64,000 nt of DNA from Candidatus Altimarinota bacterium (GTDB taxonomy: Bacteria > Patescibacteriota > Gracilibacteria > 1-14-2-50-48-13): contig JBKBWQ010000001.1 of assembly GCA_046314355.1 (NCBI GenBank), forward strand, positions 1,440,001 to 1,504,000. Reading direction: 5' to 3'. This document shows, in pieces, positions 1 through 9,782 of the stretch; position 1 is the stretch's first letter; every line of letters starts with the position of its first letter. The position numbers and the translations under genes were made by a program. The notes below the pieces were generated by a model. It had not been told where the DNA came from, did not search any database, and saw only the letters and a list, made by a program, of their open reading frames with translations.

Positions 1-2
1 CG

Positions 3-2441
3 ACGGTACCAGGATTTAAGATCCCGACAAGTACAATGTATAATCCAAATACAAGAAAGATTACGTATAGTTTCTCCTATAACAATGCTAATACTTTCTC
101 TACTGTAAATCCTGATGTGCTCAATAGCTTTGATATAGATACGTTTGCTATTGATGCAAGTATGAATGCTCCGGAGAATGTAGGACTGGAAGTAGGTACT
201 ATCGATATTGCTAAAAATCTTGCCTATTTTGTAGGATGGGGTGGAGATGAGGATATACATAATGTCACTCAGATAGATCTAACTACGATGAAAGTAAAGG
301 GAGTGCTGCCCTTTGAGAATTCTGAAGGATATGGTGGAGATATCGAGTTTGATAACGTAAAAGGATATGTGTATCCGCTTGTATGGAACGGTCCAATGAG
401 TGGAAGTAGAGTAATCAAGATTGCGACTTCACAAAAGGGACTTATCAACTCATTCAAGTATGTTCTTCCGACAAATGCAAGTGCCATAGACTACTTTAGA
501 TTTTACTCAGAGACTGCCGGAGGAAATATCCGTATTGGTTTCTATGATGATAATAAAGAGCTTCTCTGGGAGTCAGGTTCGATCGCAAATACAGCCACAA
601 AAGATTGGATTACTGTGCCTGTGTCTTCAGGTAGTCCCACAGCTCTTACTAATATCCCTGCTGGAGATTACTGGCTTACTTTCCAGACAGACTCTACTCT
701 TGATATAGGTAGTTTCTCTCTAGGAAGTACACAGTCGAGTTTCATCAGTGAATGGCTCTTTGGTACATTCCCGGATGCTATAGAAAATATGGTAGCTGCC
801 TTTGATGAATGGACCATGCAGACCATATACAATATAGCAGTACTATTAAATGAAACAGGAGGAAGTACGGCTGTCACAGAAGGAAGTGCAACTGATACCT
901 ATACTATTGTCCTGCAGGCTGCTCCAGAGTCAGATGTTACAGTAAATATAACACCTCAGGATAGTCTGATTGCTGATAAAGCTTCTGTCACATTTACACC
1001 TGTAAACTGGAATACTCCTCAAACGGTTACTGTCTCTATTACAGATGATAGTACTCCAGGGATTGCCCGGAATGGAACTATTACCCATACTATTATAACT
1101 ACAGATACCTACTATACTGGTAAAACTGTACCTTCACTCACAGTAGCCATTACGGATGCGACGAGTATGGCTGTATCCAATCCTCCTTCCGCTCCATCAC
1201 TGCTTTTTGCAAATGAACAGACCATAGGTTCTCAGCTCGGAGCAAGTAATCCAATTACACTTGGAGATGGTGCACTTGTGTTCTCAGCACAATATAATGA
1301 TCCAAATGGAGCTGATACTGCAAATAAATATCAGATTCAGATCGCCACTGATTCAGGATTTACACAGATTGTGCATGATTCAGGTAATACTGGAGTAAGT
1401 ATGGCAAATGTGACACAAGGGGCTAGATCTGCAGACCTTACGGCTGCCAGTTTTACACCTACTGAAGGAGTCCGCTACTACTGGAGAATCAAGTTCTTTG
1501 ATCAGGATGGAAATGCAGGTGATTTCTCTACAGAATCCGCATTCTTTGAAAATCCCGCTCCTATTCCTCCTGTAGTTGTACCTCCTGCACCAAGTGTAGG
1601 CGGCGGAGGTGGAGGTTATACTTCAACTCCAAGTATGCCGGCACCAGTACTTCCTCCAGTAAATTCAAATACGAATAACTCACCAGCGCCAGTCGACACT
1701 CCGGTGAAGACTCCTGATGCTCCATCTAAGCCATCTGCGCCTACTGTGCCTACGACGCCAACAGTTCCTACTGTTCCAAGGACACCCCTTGATGCTGCAA
1801 GTGTCACTCGTTTACTAAGACTTAGCTCATCTATTCCTGCTGAAAAAAGTATATGTGCTATGAATTCTGCTTCTCCAGTTTACAAAGATGTTACGAGTGC
1901 TGATTTATCACTTTTCATTGATGCACTGCAGAAAAAGGGAGTAGTCTTTGATACTAGTGAAGGCAACTTCCACGCTGCAGATAAGATCAATCGTTCTGAG
2001 ATGCTTCGTATAGTAGTCCAGGGAAGCTGTGAGTTCTTTGAAAAGCTTAAATTATCTGAAGCTCCTTTCCCTGATGTGAAACTGGATCATAAAGATAGTC
2101 TCTATATTGGACTCGCGAAGTTACGAAAGATAGTGAATGGATATCTGCATGATGGATTATTTAAACCTGAGAAGAGTATTACTCGTGCCGAAGCTCTTAA
2201 GATTATTCTAGAAGTAGTCATCGGAGATGGTAAGAGATCATTTACAGGTACAGCAAAACCATATGATGATATTGCCTGGGATGATGAAAAGGTATGGTAT
2301 CGAGGGTATATCAGTTTCGCATATGAAAAGGGAATTATCGGAGCTTCCGTAGATAAGAAGTTCCTTCCTAATGATCTTGCATCAAGAGAGGATATTATCT
2401 GGATGTTTGCAGCTACTATCAAATATAGGCAGACATACTAA
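3..2441 (+). CDS. Large cell-surface protein, 5'-partial (beta-rich/Ig/Calx-like domains, Pro/Thr linker, three C-terminal SLH repeats)
   Basis: Frame is open from base 3 (TVPGFKIPTST before the ATG at 36), so the gene starts upstream of the window. SLH motifs: INRSEMLRIV, FPDV...FKPEKSITRAEALKII, YDDI...WY...FLPNDLASRE. Low-complexity PTVPTTP linker. Confidence 0.85.
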   Translation, partial: TVPGFKIPTSTMYNPNTRKITYSFSYNNANTFSTVNPDVLNSFDIDTFAIDASMNAPENVGLEVGTIDIAKNLAYFVGWGGDEDIHNVTQIDLTTMKVKGVLPFENSEGYGGDIEFDNVKGYVYPLVWNGPMSGSRVIKIATSQKGLINSFKYVLPTNASAIDYFRFYSETAGGNIRIGFYDDNKELLWESGSIANTATKDWITVPVSSGSPTALTNIPAGDYWLTFQTDSTLDIGSFSLGSTQSSFISEWLFGTFPDAIENMVAAFDEWTMQTIYNIAVLLNETGGSTAVTEGSATDTYTIVLQAAPESDVTVNITPQDSLIADKASVTFTPVNWNTPQTVTVSITDDSTPGIARNGTITHTIITTDTYYTGKTVPSLTVAITDATSMAVSNPPSAPSLLFANEQTIGSQLGASNPITLGDGALVFSAQYNDPNGADTANKYQIQIATDSGFTQIVHDSGNTGVSMANVTQGARSADLTAASFTPTEGVRYYWRIKFFDQDGNAGDFSTESAFFENPAPIPPVVVPPAPSVGGGGGGYTSTPSMPAPVLPPVNSNTNNSPAPVDTPVKTPDAPSKPSAPTVPTTPTVPTVPRTPLDAASVTRLLRLSSSIPAEKSICAMNSASPVYKDVTSADLSLFIDALQKKGVVFDTSEGNFHAADKINRSEMLRIVVQGSCEFFEKLKLSEAPFPDVKLDHKDSLYIGLAKLRKIVNGYLHDGLFKPEKSITRAEALKIILEVVIGDGKRSFTGTAKPYDDIAWDDEKVWYRGYISFAYEKGIIGASVDKKFLPNDLASREDIIWMFAATIKYRQTY

Positions 2442-2468
2442 GCATAAGACTAATAAATTAGCATATAC

Positions 2469-2506
2469 AAAAAAGAATCTACTCCCTTGAGAGTAGATTC
2501 TTTTTT
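2469..2506. terminator. Bidirectional intrinsic terminator
   Basis: AAAAAAGAATCTACTC-ccttga-GAGTAGATTCTTTTTT between convergent genes. Confidence 0.85.
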
Positions 2507-2510
2507 ACTA

Positions 2511-2705
2511 TTACTTAGAGTTGCCAGCTCTTCCTCCGTGTGAGTATCCCTTAGTATTATTGTGTATTCTGTTTCCTTTTTTCCCATCCTTATGAAAGGC
2601 AAGATTACTTTGAATAGCATTTGTACTTCCAGGATATGCAAACTTCATTGCAGGCTGTACGTACTTGTCGATTTTGTCATTGTGAGCTCCTGTTTTATGT
2701 GCCAT
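2511..2705 (-). CDS. Small basic hypothetical protein (64 aa)
   Basis: TT-ATG start, upstream TTGCTC-17-TAGGAT promoter-like site, ends just before the bidirectional terminator. Confidence 0.55.
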   Translation of the reverse strand: MAHKTGAHNDKIDKYVQPAMKFAYPGSTNAIQSNLAFHKDGKKGNRIHNNTKGYSHGGRAGNSK

Positions 2706-2812
2706 AAAGAATATTTATGAGATAAAAACTGTAAGTATCCTACCCCTAAAGCCTTTCTAGAGCAATTGTCTAAGCCGGCAGTTAATGTTAGAATAGGTCT
2801 TATAAGATGATT

Positions 2813-4168
2813 TTAATCTTTTAGTTGCTGAAAGAAATCCCACATATATTGTCCTGTACCTCTCGGCCATGTATGAGGAGTATACTGTCCTCCAGAGTAG
2901 GTATCAGTGGTATGAGGGCACCAGACCACAGGGGCAAATTCATTGCAGCCTTGATAAAGTATGCAGTTGCCTGAAGGAGGACTTGTAGGTACAGCGTTCA
3001 TACTACAGCTGTTTTGTTTTATATAGAGATTCCTGGAATTTTCTCCCTGTGAGAATGCGGTAAGATTATCTTGAGGGTTATGCCATACCATCGCTGCTAC
3101 AGGTCCATTACAGTTTTTCTCGGCTCTTCCTCCTGCTATAGTTGCAGCGCCTCGTATTACATTTCCGCGTACACAGGCAAGATTGTTGGCAAACCAAGCT
3201 CCAAGAGAATGTCCTACAATATGAATCTCATCTGTATTGATGCAGTATTTACTTGTGTATTCTGCAAGCATAGTATCAAAGAATGTATAGTCTTTACCTA
3301 GGGTCCAGTTATAACTAGAAGATCCAGCAGATGTACCTGCAGGATAGATAACGATTGCTTTTCCGCCTGAAGCTCTATCTAATCCTACATATCTCTGAAA
3401 GCTGGTATTTGATGTGGTTCTACCGTGAAAAGCAAAGATCAGAGACACTGGCACATTTTTATTGTATGAACTTGGTACATAGACCGCCGCTGAACGTGTC
3501 ACACCATTTACGTTAAATGTATTTGGTGCACCAGAAGGAGCGTTCAGTCCGCATCCTGAGGACTTCGCATTTCTTACGGATCCAAAATTTATTTTTCCTT
3601 CCTTATAGAGGAGTATGTTGTAGAGCAGGTGTGCTGTTTCTTCACGTGTAAAAGCTCTTCCTGGATCATAGGAGAACTTTGAAAAGATGTTATTATTATG
3701 GTAATAATCTACATATTGTTCAAACCACGCTTCACCAGGTTTCGCAGCGGCGACAGGCATTTGAAAAGCTTTCGTAGCGATTGAGAAAGCTTCTACTATA
3801 TTGATGGATTGACCCGGACGGAAAGTCTTATCGGGATATCCCTGGACTATACCCATCTGCACAGCCTTACAGATATATGGTGCAAACCATTGGTTCGTAA
3901 CATCAGAGAAACAGTTTCCAATCCCTGAAGGTGCAGCAGTATTATTGCCGCTCATGATAAGCTTGAGAAATTCAGCCCGGTTGATTGCCTGATAAGGACG
4001 AAAAGTCCCGTCTGAGTATCCTTCTATAAGTTTACGGTCAGCGAGATTCTGTACCTCAGAGGCATAAGAACTCCCTGTGAGATCTTTAAAAGAGGCATCT
4101 GCAATAGGAGCAAAAGTCAGGTTTATTATAATAAGAAGAGACAGACACGTTTTTATGAGATTTTTCAT
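2813..4168 (-). CDS. Secreted SLH-domain protein fused to a PHB-depolymerase/LpqC-like alpha/beta-hydrolase esterase
   Basis: Signal peptide, N-terminal SLH repeats (GYSDGTFRPYQAINRAEF), LIFAFHG motif, nucleophile elbow GHSLG, C-terminal HTWP. Confidence 0.85.
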   Translation of the reverse strand: MKNLIKTCLSLLIIINLTFAPIADASFKDLTGSSYASEVQNLADRKLIEGYSDGTFRPYQAINRAEFLKLIMSGNNTAAPSGIGNCFSDVTNQWFAPYICKAVQMGIVQGYPDKTFRPGQSINIVEAFSIATKAFQMPVAAAKPGEAWFEQYVDYYHNNNIFSKFSYDPGRAFTREETAHLLYNILLYKEGKINFGSVRNAKSSGCGLNAPSGAPNTFNVNGVTRSAAVYVPSSYNKNVPVSLIFAFHGRTTSNTSFQRYVGLDRASGGKAIVIYPAGTSAGSSSYNWTLGKDYTFFDTMLAEYTSKYCINTDEIHIVGHSLGAWFANNLACVRGNVIRGAATIAGGRAEKNCNGPVAAMVWHNPQDNLTAFSQGENSRNLYIKQNSCSMNAVPTSPPSGNCILYQGCNEFAPVVWCPHTTDTYSGGQYTPHTWPRGTGQYMWDFFQQLKD

Positions 4169-4297
4169 GGTGTATTGCTCTTAGAAAATATTTATGAGAG
4201 TTTTTCAGCTTATAGTATACTCTAAAAATGAATTTATGATACTCCAAAATACTGTGGAGTTATAAAGCCTCATTGCTCAATCTATATTGTTTCCTTA

Positions 4298-4338
4298 AAT
4301 TACTCAATTACTCAATTACTTATTTTACTTATTTACTC
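4298..4338 (+). repeat. Degenerate octamer tandem array (AATTACTC)n
   Basis: AATTACTC AATTACTC AATTACTT ATTTTACTT ATTTACTC; same unit recurs at 49259-49357. Confidence 0.75.
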
Positions 4339-4386
4339 CTCATACCTTTTTCCGGTATACTCATCTATGCATATTCATCTTCGATC

Positions 4387-4935
4387 ATGACTAAAAACCA
4401 ATCTATAAAATACCTCGCCTTTCTCCGGGGAATAAATGTGGGGGGTCATCATAAAGTAAAAATGGACGATCTCAAGAAAATATTTGTAGATCTTGGATTT
4501 CTAAATGTGAAAACCGTCATTGCAAGCGGAAATGTGTATTTTGAAAGTACTGAGAGTGATGCCGTCCTGTTAAGAAACCATATAGAAGAAGCACTGCTGC
4601 AAACCTTCAGTTTTGCTATTCCTACCATTATTAGGACGCAGAAAGAAATCCAGGATCTTGTCATATCTGACCCTTACAAAGGGAAAGAGGTTACAAAAAA
4701 TACAAGACTCTATATCACATTTCTGGGAGCCAGACATAATAGTATGCTGAAAGCTCCCTATATGGCACCGGCGAAGGATTATGAGATTCTCCAAATTACG
4801 GATAAGGAAGTGGTGAGCATTCTTGAACTTAATCCGGAACATAAGACTCTGGATAGCATGAATGTTCTAGGGCAGTTCGGGAATAACGTCACGACCCGCA
4901 ACTGGAATACGGTAATGAAAATGGCAGCTTTATAA
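4387..4935 (+). CDS. DUF1697 family protein
   Basis: YLAFLRGINVGG, IASGNV and TTRNWNT motifs; ATG at 4387 preferred over the track start 4273, which runs through the repeat array. Confidence 0.9.
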   Translation: MTKNQSIKYLAFLRGINVGGHHKVKMDDLKKIFVDLGFLNVKTVIASGNVYFESTESDAVLLRNHIEEALLQTFSFAIPTIIRTQKEIQDLVISDPYKGKEVTKNTRLYITFLGARHNSMLKAPYMAPAKDYEILQITDKEVVSILELNPEHKTLDSMNVLGQFGNNVTTRNWNTVMKMAAL

Positions 4936-4951
4936 TTTTACAATAATTGTT

Positions 4952-5320
4952 ATGGAAAAAATCACAGGACTAGGTGGAGTATTCTTCAGAGCAAAGGATC
5001 CTAAAGCACTAGGGGAATGGTATGAGAAAAACTTTGGTATCACTGCTATGTCTGAGTCAGCAGCTGAAGTCTGGACACAGGAAAAAGGTCCTACTGTTTT
5101 TGCACCTTTTTCTGCAAATACCACATATTATCCTGCATCTCAGCAATGCATGTTCAATTTTCGCGTAAATAATATGGACGCGATGCTCTCTCAGCTTGAG
5201 GCTAATGGAGTGAAAATAGAAGAAGAAAAAATGAATGATGAGATAGGTAAGTTTGCTTGGGTATGGGATCTGGAGGGAAATAAAATTGAACTCTGGGAGC
5301 CTGCGCCTGGATCGAAATAA
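4952..5320 (+). CDS. VOC/glyoxalase family protein
   Basis: ITGLGGVFFRAKDPKAL.WY, FNFRV, GKFAWVWDLEGNKIELWEP. Confidence 0.9.
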   Translation: MEKITGLGGVFFRAKDPKALGEWYEKNFGITAMSESAAEVWTQEKGPTVFAPFSANTTYYPASQQCMFNFRVNNMDAMLSQLEANGVKIEEEKMNDEIGKFAWVWDLEGNKIELWEPAPGSK

Positions 5321-5343
5321 TCTATCTATTTACTATCATTTTT

Positions 5344-5727
5344 ATGGAAAAATCATATATACCTGAAGGATTCATGGAAGTGACTCCATGTATTTCAGTA
5401 AAGGATGCAGATAAATGTATCGAATTCTTAGTGGATGTGCTGGAAGGAAAACTGATCGCACGCTACGCAGATGAGAATGACCGCATTATGAACGCTATAG
5501 TCCGCATCGGTGCTTCTACTATTGAACTCTCCGATGCAAATGAACAATGGCCGGCAAGACCCGCCGCATGCCATGTGTATGTGCCTGATGTAGATGCTGC
5601 CTATGAAAGAGCATTAAAAGCAGGAGCAAAATCTCTTGGGGCACCTACGGATAAACATTATGGAGAAAGAGGAGCTGAGCTGGAAGATGAGTTTGGCAAT
5701 CACTGGTATATAGCTACAGTAAAGTAA
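5344..5727 (+). CDS. VOC family protein (PhnB-like)
   Basis: VTPC, HVYVPDVDAAYERALKAGA, YGERG...DEFGNHWYI. Confidence 0.9.
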   Translation: MEKSYIPEGFMEVTPCISVKDADKCIEFLVDVLEGKLIARYADENDRIMNAIVRIGASTIELSDANEQWPARPAACHVYVPDVDAAYERALKAGAKSLGAPTDKHYGERGAELEDEFGNHWYIATVK

Positions 5728-5753
5728 AATTCATATTTTGAAGTAAAAATATA

Positions 5754-5786
5754 TAAAAGTAATATTATTGTCTAATATTACTTTTA
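5754..5786. promoter_or_regulatory. 14-bp perfect inverted repeat abutting a -35 box (operator or weak terminator)
   Basis: TAAAAGTAATATTA-N5-TAATATTACTTTTA. Confidence 0.5.
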
Positions 5787-5789
5787 GTA

Positions 5790-5817
5790 TTGACGGAAAA
5801 AAGAAAGAGAGTAGTTT
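5790..5817 (+). promoter_or_regulatory. Putative sigma70 promoter
   Basis: TTGACG-16-TAGTTT; AGGAG RBS at 5854-5858. Confidence 0.55.
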
Positions 5818-5864
5818 TGTTCGGTAAATAAAAATAAGTAAAAATAGAGTAAAAGGAGTCTGAA

Positions 5865-7028
5865 ATGATCATTAACAAAAAAGGAAACGCATTAGAGGAG
5901 ATTTCTAAATACTCTAACGAAAAAAGAGTATATGATAAAAAAATTGCTACTATTCTCGAAGAGCTCGAGAAAAAAACATTATTACCGTATCAGAGAAATG
6001 AGTTGAGAAATCAGCTCTACTCATACTCTAAAAATCCTATTTTGTCTTTTCAAGATAAGTTAGGGTACATAAAAGAGTGTTTTCATTCGAAGCACTTGAT
6101 AAATGCTTTTACAAAGAGTCGCGGCATTTGCAGCTGTGTAGATGAAGGGGTCTATGCTGACATAAATATCACAGGTGGTGGTATGAATGAAGGCAGGGCA
6201 AGATATGGTCTTGTCTATGAAAGTGTTTTTCTGCCCATAAGGCACGCATTTGAAGGACTGAAGCTTAAATTTATTTGGGCAAATTCAAATGATATTTTGC
6301 TCCCAAGAGAGTATTGTGTCAAACTTTGGCGCAAGATGGCTCTAAAATCTATAATCAGAGTTTATCATTCTCATAGAGGATGTGGGGCTGCTAAGGTAGA
6401 TTTGCTGAGAATAATCAGGATAAATCTTGAAGAAAACAGTGAATTTGCTCTTAGGAGAGCAATGAAGCAATTTCTTGTAAGTTATATTAACAAAGCTGAG
6501 GCTGTTAAATATATTTTATCGGTCATTGCAGGCATGATTACATCAGAAATGGTAGACGCTCATGCAAAAAACTACATAAAAAAAATAAGTGAGGAAGTAG
6601 GAGTCCCTCACGAGCATATAGATATGCTCGATAGACCCGCAATCTATCATCCGGGTGAAATACTGTATTTTGACTTCAGGCAGGACTTAACCTATTCTTT
6701 TCATCCTGAAAAAATAGGAATGCCGCAGGGATATACTCTGCAGGCGGCCGCGACTAAATTTAATAAAAGTATCAAGCGCGCAGCGCTGGTTACTGATATA
6801 GTCTTTGGTCCATCCGGTGCTGGCGGACATGGGTTCGTCAATCCTGATAATAAATTTTTAGTTATTATGCTACATGATCCTGGATATCGGGATAGTGTAG
6901 ACATTGCTAAAAATTCCTTACTAAAGGCAATAAACCACCCTCAGGATTCAATTCATATTGAAAGCTTTCAACCTTACAAAGGAAAAGTTTTGGAATTTGA
7001 AAAGAAACTGAAAGTAGTTTGTGGTTAG
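5865..7028 (+). CDS. Hypothetical protein with carbonic-anhydrase-like Cys/His/Cys metal-ligand motifs
   Basis: CSCVDEG...GGG and HSHRGCGAA resemble the CxD...HxxC ligand set of beta/zeta carbonic anhydrases. Confidence 0.6.
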   Translation: MIINKKGNALEEISKYSNEKRVYDKKIATILEELEKKTLLPYQRNELRNQLYSYSKNPILSFQDKLGYIKECFHSKHLINAFTKSRGICSCVDEGVYADINITGGGMNEGRARYGLVYESVFLPIRHAFEGLKLKFIWANSNDILLPREYCVKLWRKMALKSIIRVYHSHRGCGAAKVDLLRIIRINLEENSEFALRRAMKQFLVSYINKAEAVKYILSVIAGMITSEMVDAHAKNYIKKISEEVGVPHEHIDMLDRPAIYHPGEILYFDFRQDLTYSFHPEKIGMPQGYTLQAAATKFNKSIKRAALVTDIVFGPSGAGGHGFVNPDNKFLVIMLHDPGYRDSVDIAKNSLLKAINHPQDSIHIESFQPYKGKVLEFEKKLKVVCG

Positions 7029-7038
7029 TAACCAACTT

Positions 7039-7066
7039 AAAGAGATGTGTGAGCATCTCTTTTTTT
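7039..7066 (+). terminator. Intrinsic terminator
   Basis: AAAGAGATG-tgtgag-CATCTCTTTTTTT after the stop at 7028. Confidence 0.7.
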
Positions 7067-7132
7067 CTATCTTGATAAAAAGCTCTCAAAAGTTCATACT
7101 GGAGAGTAACCATTATTATTAACTATTCTACT

Positions 7133-7354
7133 ATGGCAGATGATAATTTTAATCTTATGGAAGAGGAAGATGATGTGGATAATGTCCCAGCTACAGAAAA
7201 GGGGAAACTCTATAGACCAAATCAGGGTGGACTTGATGCGGACGGAGACAGCCTGCCTGCTAGCGGAGATATGAATGAGCAATATGAGCAGGAGGATGAC
7301 GAACAGGAGAATAAAGAGAGCCTCGATGAGTACGAGGATGAGATGAATAATTAA
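7133..7354 (+). CDS. Small, highly acidic hypothetical protein (73 aa)
   Basis: CT-ATG start, about 26/73 residues D/E, followed by a terminator. Confidence 0.7.
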   Translation: MADDNFNLMEEEDDVDNVPATEKGKLYRPNQGGLDADGDSLPASGDMNEQYEQEDDEQENKESLDEYEDEMNN

Positions 7355-7364
7355 TCTTTACATT

Positions 7365-7402
7365 AAAAAAACGCTTCGCATTTTACTGCGAAGCGTTTTT
7401 TT
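7365..7402. terminator. Bidirectional intrinsic terminator
   Basis: AAAAAAACGCTTCGCA-ttttac-TGCGAAGCGTTTTTTT. Confidence 0.9.
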
Positions 7403-7408
7403 ATGCAA

Positions 7409-7648
7409 TTATGCATTCATATCTTCATCATGTGAAGACTGAGAGTTGTTCTCTCGTACGAGCTCAACGTTTACAGCGTTGATTCCTCGATCAGACTCCT
7501 GCTCGTCATAGCTAAGACGATCTCCAGTTCGAAGATCATCAAACATAACTCCTCGAAGCTGCTTAGCGTGGAAGAATATATCAGGACCCTTTTCATCAGG
7601 AGTGATAAATCCGAATCCAGCTTTTAAAGTTTTGATTACACCAGTCAT
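7409..7648 (-). CDS. Cold-shock domain protein
   Basis: RNP1 GFGFI and RNP2 DIFFH; start MTGVIK at 7648. Confidence 0.9.
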   Translation of the reverse strand: MTGVIKTLKAGFGFITPDEKGPDIFFHAKQLRGVMFDDLRTGDRLSYDEQESDRGINAVNVELVRENNSQSSHDEDMNA

Positions 7649-7761
7649 AATTTGAGGTGTGAAAGAATAAAGTACAAATGACGTGATGTAGACAAGATGT
7701 ACCTTATAACAACAACAACCCCTTTTGATTGATGTAACGATACACGATAAAAAAAGTTTTG

Positions 7762-8466
7762 TCAAACTTTATCTTCATTTAAATATATTTCTTTGAAGAT
7801 TTCGTTATCTTTTACATATTCTTCATTACTTTCGTTTGAGCTATCCTGCAGATACTGCCAGTTCCAGCAAAGCTGATCTTTTACCTGAAATCCAAAGTAA
7901 GAGAGTACTTCTTTTTCTGTTTCCAGGACTTCTTTACCTCTCCAGTTGTGACCCGTAACAATAATACCCGCATCAATATGACCAAGAATATTATCTTCCT
8001 TCAAAGTAGAATGTCTATTCTCAAGCCATGTGAGACGCTCAATAAGTTTTTGATACATGCTATTAGTCTGTCCCCAGCGTACAGATGTGAAAAATACTAC
8101 TGCCTCAGACATAAGTAACGCCTTGCTTACTTTCCAAAGTTCATCTGATGGATTATTAATACTTGCCCAGCATCTATGATTTCCCGAAGGATTCTTTTCT
8201 TTGTCTGCGAGGAGGGCATCCTTTAGACCGCAGGTATTACCTCTTGCAGTAGAGACGTTACCTTCACAGGGAAAAATATTCAGTGAGGGAATATCAATGA
8301 GAGTCACTTTTTCTTTTCCTACAATCTGGGCGAGATGATGTGCAAGCTGAGTACTTTTAGGCTGTTCTCCTCCGTGCTCGTCCTTCCATCTATTTGAAGT
8401 GGTGAGGAAAAGTATACGTTTTTTATTTTTCAGCGCTGATATCGTAGAGAAAAGATGAGACTCCAT
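7762..8466 (-). CDS. Flavodoxin-like NAD(P)H-dependent FMN reductase / iron-sulfur flavoprotein-like protein
   Basis: LFLTTSNR, PKST, PCEGNVS...CG...CW, VVFFTSVRWG..NSMYQKLIERL. Confidence 0.75.
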   Translation of the reverse strand: MESHLFSTISALKNKKRILFLTTSNRWKDEHGGEQPKSTQLAHHLAQIVGKEKVTLIDIPSLNIFPCEGNVSTARGNTCGLKDALLADKEKNPSGNHRCWASINNPSDELWKVSKALLMSEAVVFFTSVRWGQTNSMYQKLIERLTWLENRHSTLKEDNILGHIDAGIIVTGHNWRGKEVLETEKEVLSYFGFQVKDQLCWNWQYLQDSSNESNEEYVKDNEIFKEIYLNEDKV

Positions 8467-8591
8467 AGAGAAAAAGGAAATATTTATTTAAGTATAACAT
8501 GAAGCAGCTACACTGCTTAGATAATATTTTCTTGCAACTAAAACATGAAAAAGCATATAATTACTATATATAATAATTATGACAATATATA

Positions 8592-9251
8592 ATGGAACAT
8601 TACAGAGACAATAATTTGGAGCACGGAGAAAAAAATGAAGTAAGTGAAATGTTAAATAATCTAAAAGACAATTTATATCTCCCAACACCAGAGCAGTTTG
8701 AAAAACTAGAAAGTGCAGCAGATGAAGATATTGAGAAAATCATCATTTTCTTTAACAATATGTATAATCTATTTCCAGTGAATACTGCATGGGAAAATAA
8801 TATGAACCAGACAAGAACCCGTGCAGCAGAAATCTATCATAGTATTTTATCTGTAAAGAGTGCAGTAGGGAAGATTCTTGCCGAAAACAAGAGCGATGAA
8901 GATAAAAAGATAGACCTTGCAAACACGTTTCCTAAAGAGCAGAAGATTCCGCTCACAGCTCGCAAAGTAGTAGATGAGGTATTGTCAGAAAACTTAACTG
9001 ATGAATACAAGGATTCATTTGATCAACATACAGATGCTGTCTTGCAGAAATATTCTGATATGATGAATGAAAAACCACTTCGGAAAGAAGCGCGGGAGAT
9101 TTTCGAAAGATTAGCTCAGAATAGTTCAGTCTTTGTCCCCACTGAAGAGGACTTTAGATTACGAAATAATATGAAACTACTTCCTTTCTATACAAGCTTT
9201 TATATTGAAATGCGTAAAAAAGGTTTTGAACATGGTTCACTGCGAGCTTAG
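8592..9251 (+). CDS. Hypothetical protein (helical orphan)
   Basis: 219-aa ORF with no recognisable motif. Confidence 0.7.
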   Translation: MEHYRDNNLEHGEKNEVSEMLNNLKDNLYLPTPEQFEKLESAADEDIEKIIIFFNNMYNLFPVNTAWENNMNQTRTRAAEIYHSILSVKSAVGKILAENKSDEDKKIDLANTFPKEQKIPLTARKVVDEVLSENLTDEYKDSFDQHTDAVLQKYSDMMNEKPLRKEAREIFERLAQNSSVFVPTEEDFRLRNNMKLLPFYTSFYIEMRKKGFEHGSLRA

Positions 9252-9655
9252 TTAACGGTTCTTTTCTTTAAACTTTTTTCTATCTTTCTCTCCATCGTAA
9301 ACTCCTCCTCCATATCTTTGAGTTCTCTTGTGAGAAATATACTCAGAATTGTTCTGATGACGATGATAGCTCCAAGTTTGCCGAGATCATCCCAGGAAGG
9401 ATCAATAATAGTATCTACGATATCCTTACCAATCAAAAACTCCAGACCAAGTGCAAGGTGCTGACCGAGTTCTATACGTATCTGCATAAGCAGGTTCTCT
9501 TTTCTAAAGAACTGCAGTGCGAAGAGGTAGATACCCTTTATGACTCCCATACTTATCACTAGTATACCTATAAACCCAAAGGTGCCTGCAAGAAAATCTC
9601 TTAAAACATCTAGATTGAGTAGAGATAGGATAGTTTCTGAAGAACTATGAAACAT
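9248..9655 (-). CDS. DUF1622 family membrane protein
   Basis: RIELGQHLALGLEFLIGKDIVDT...LGAIIVIRTILSIFL.RE. Confidence 0.9.
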   Translation of the reverse strand: MFHSSSETILSLLNLDVLRDFLAGTFGFIGILVISMGVIKGIYLFALQFFRKENLLMQIRIELGQHLALGLEFLIGKDIVDTIIDPSWDDLGKLGAIIVIRTILSIFLTRELKDMEEEFTMERKIEKSLKKRTVN

Positions 9656-9782
9656 AGAATAAGATTGGATATATCATCTTATTGTACTACGCTTGAGTGA
9701 AACTGCGCAAGTGGCTGCACAAATAAATTGAAATCCTTATCGGATATGATAGGATCCATACACTATATGTATTTTTTCCCTT

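Noticed and set aside
4273-4386. N-terminal extensions from the ORF track (4273, 7765, 21448, 44295, 48090, 54908)
   Set aside because: They overlap repeats or promoters or precede the family-typical start, so downstream ATGs were used.
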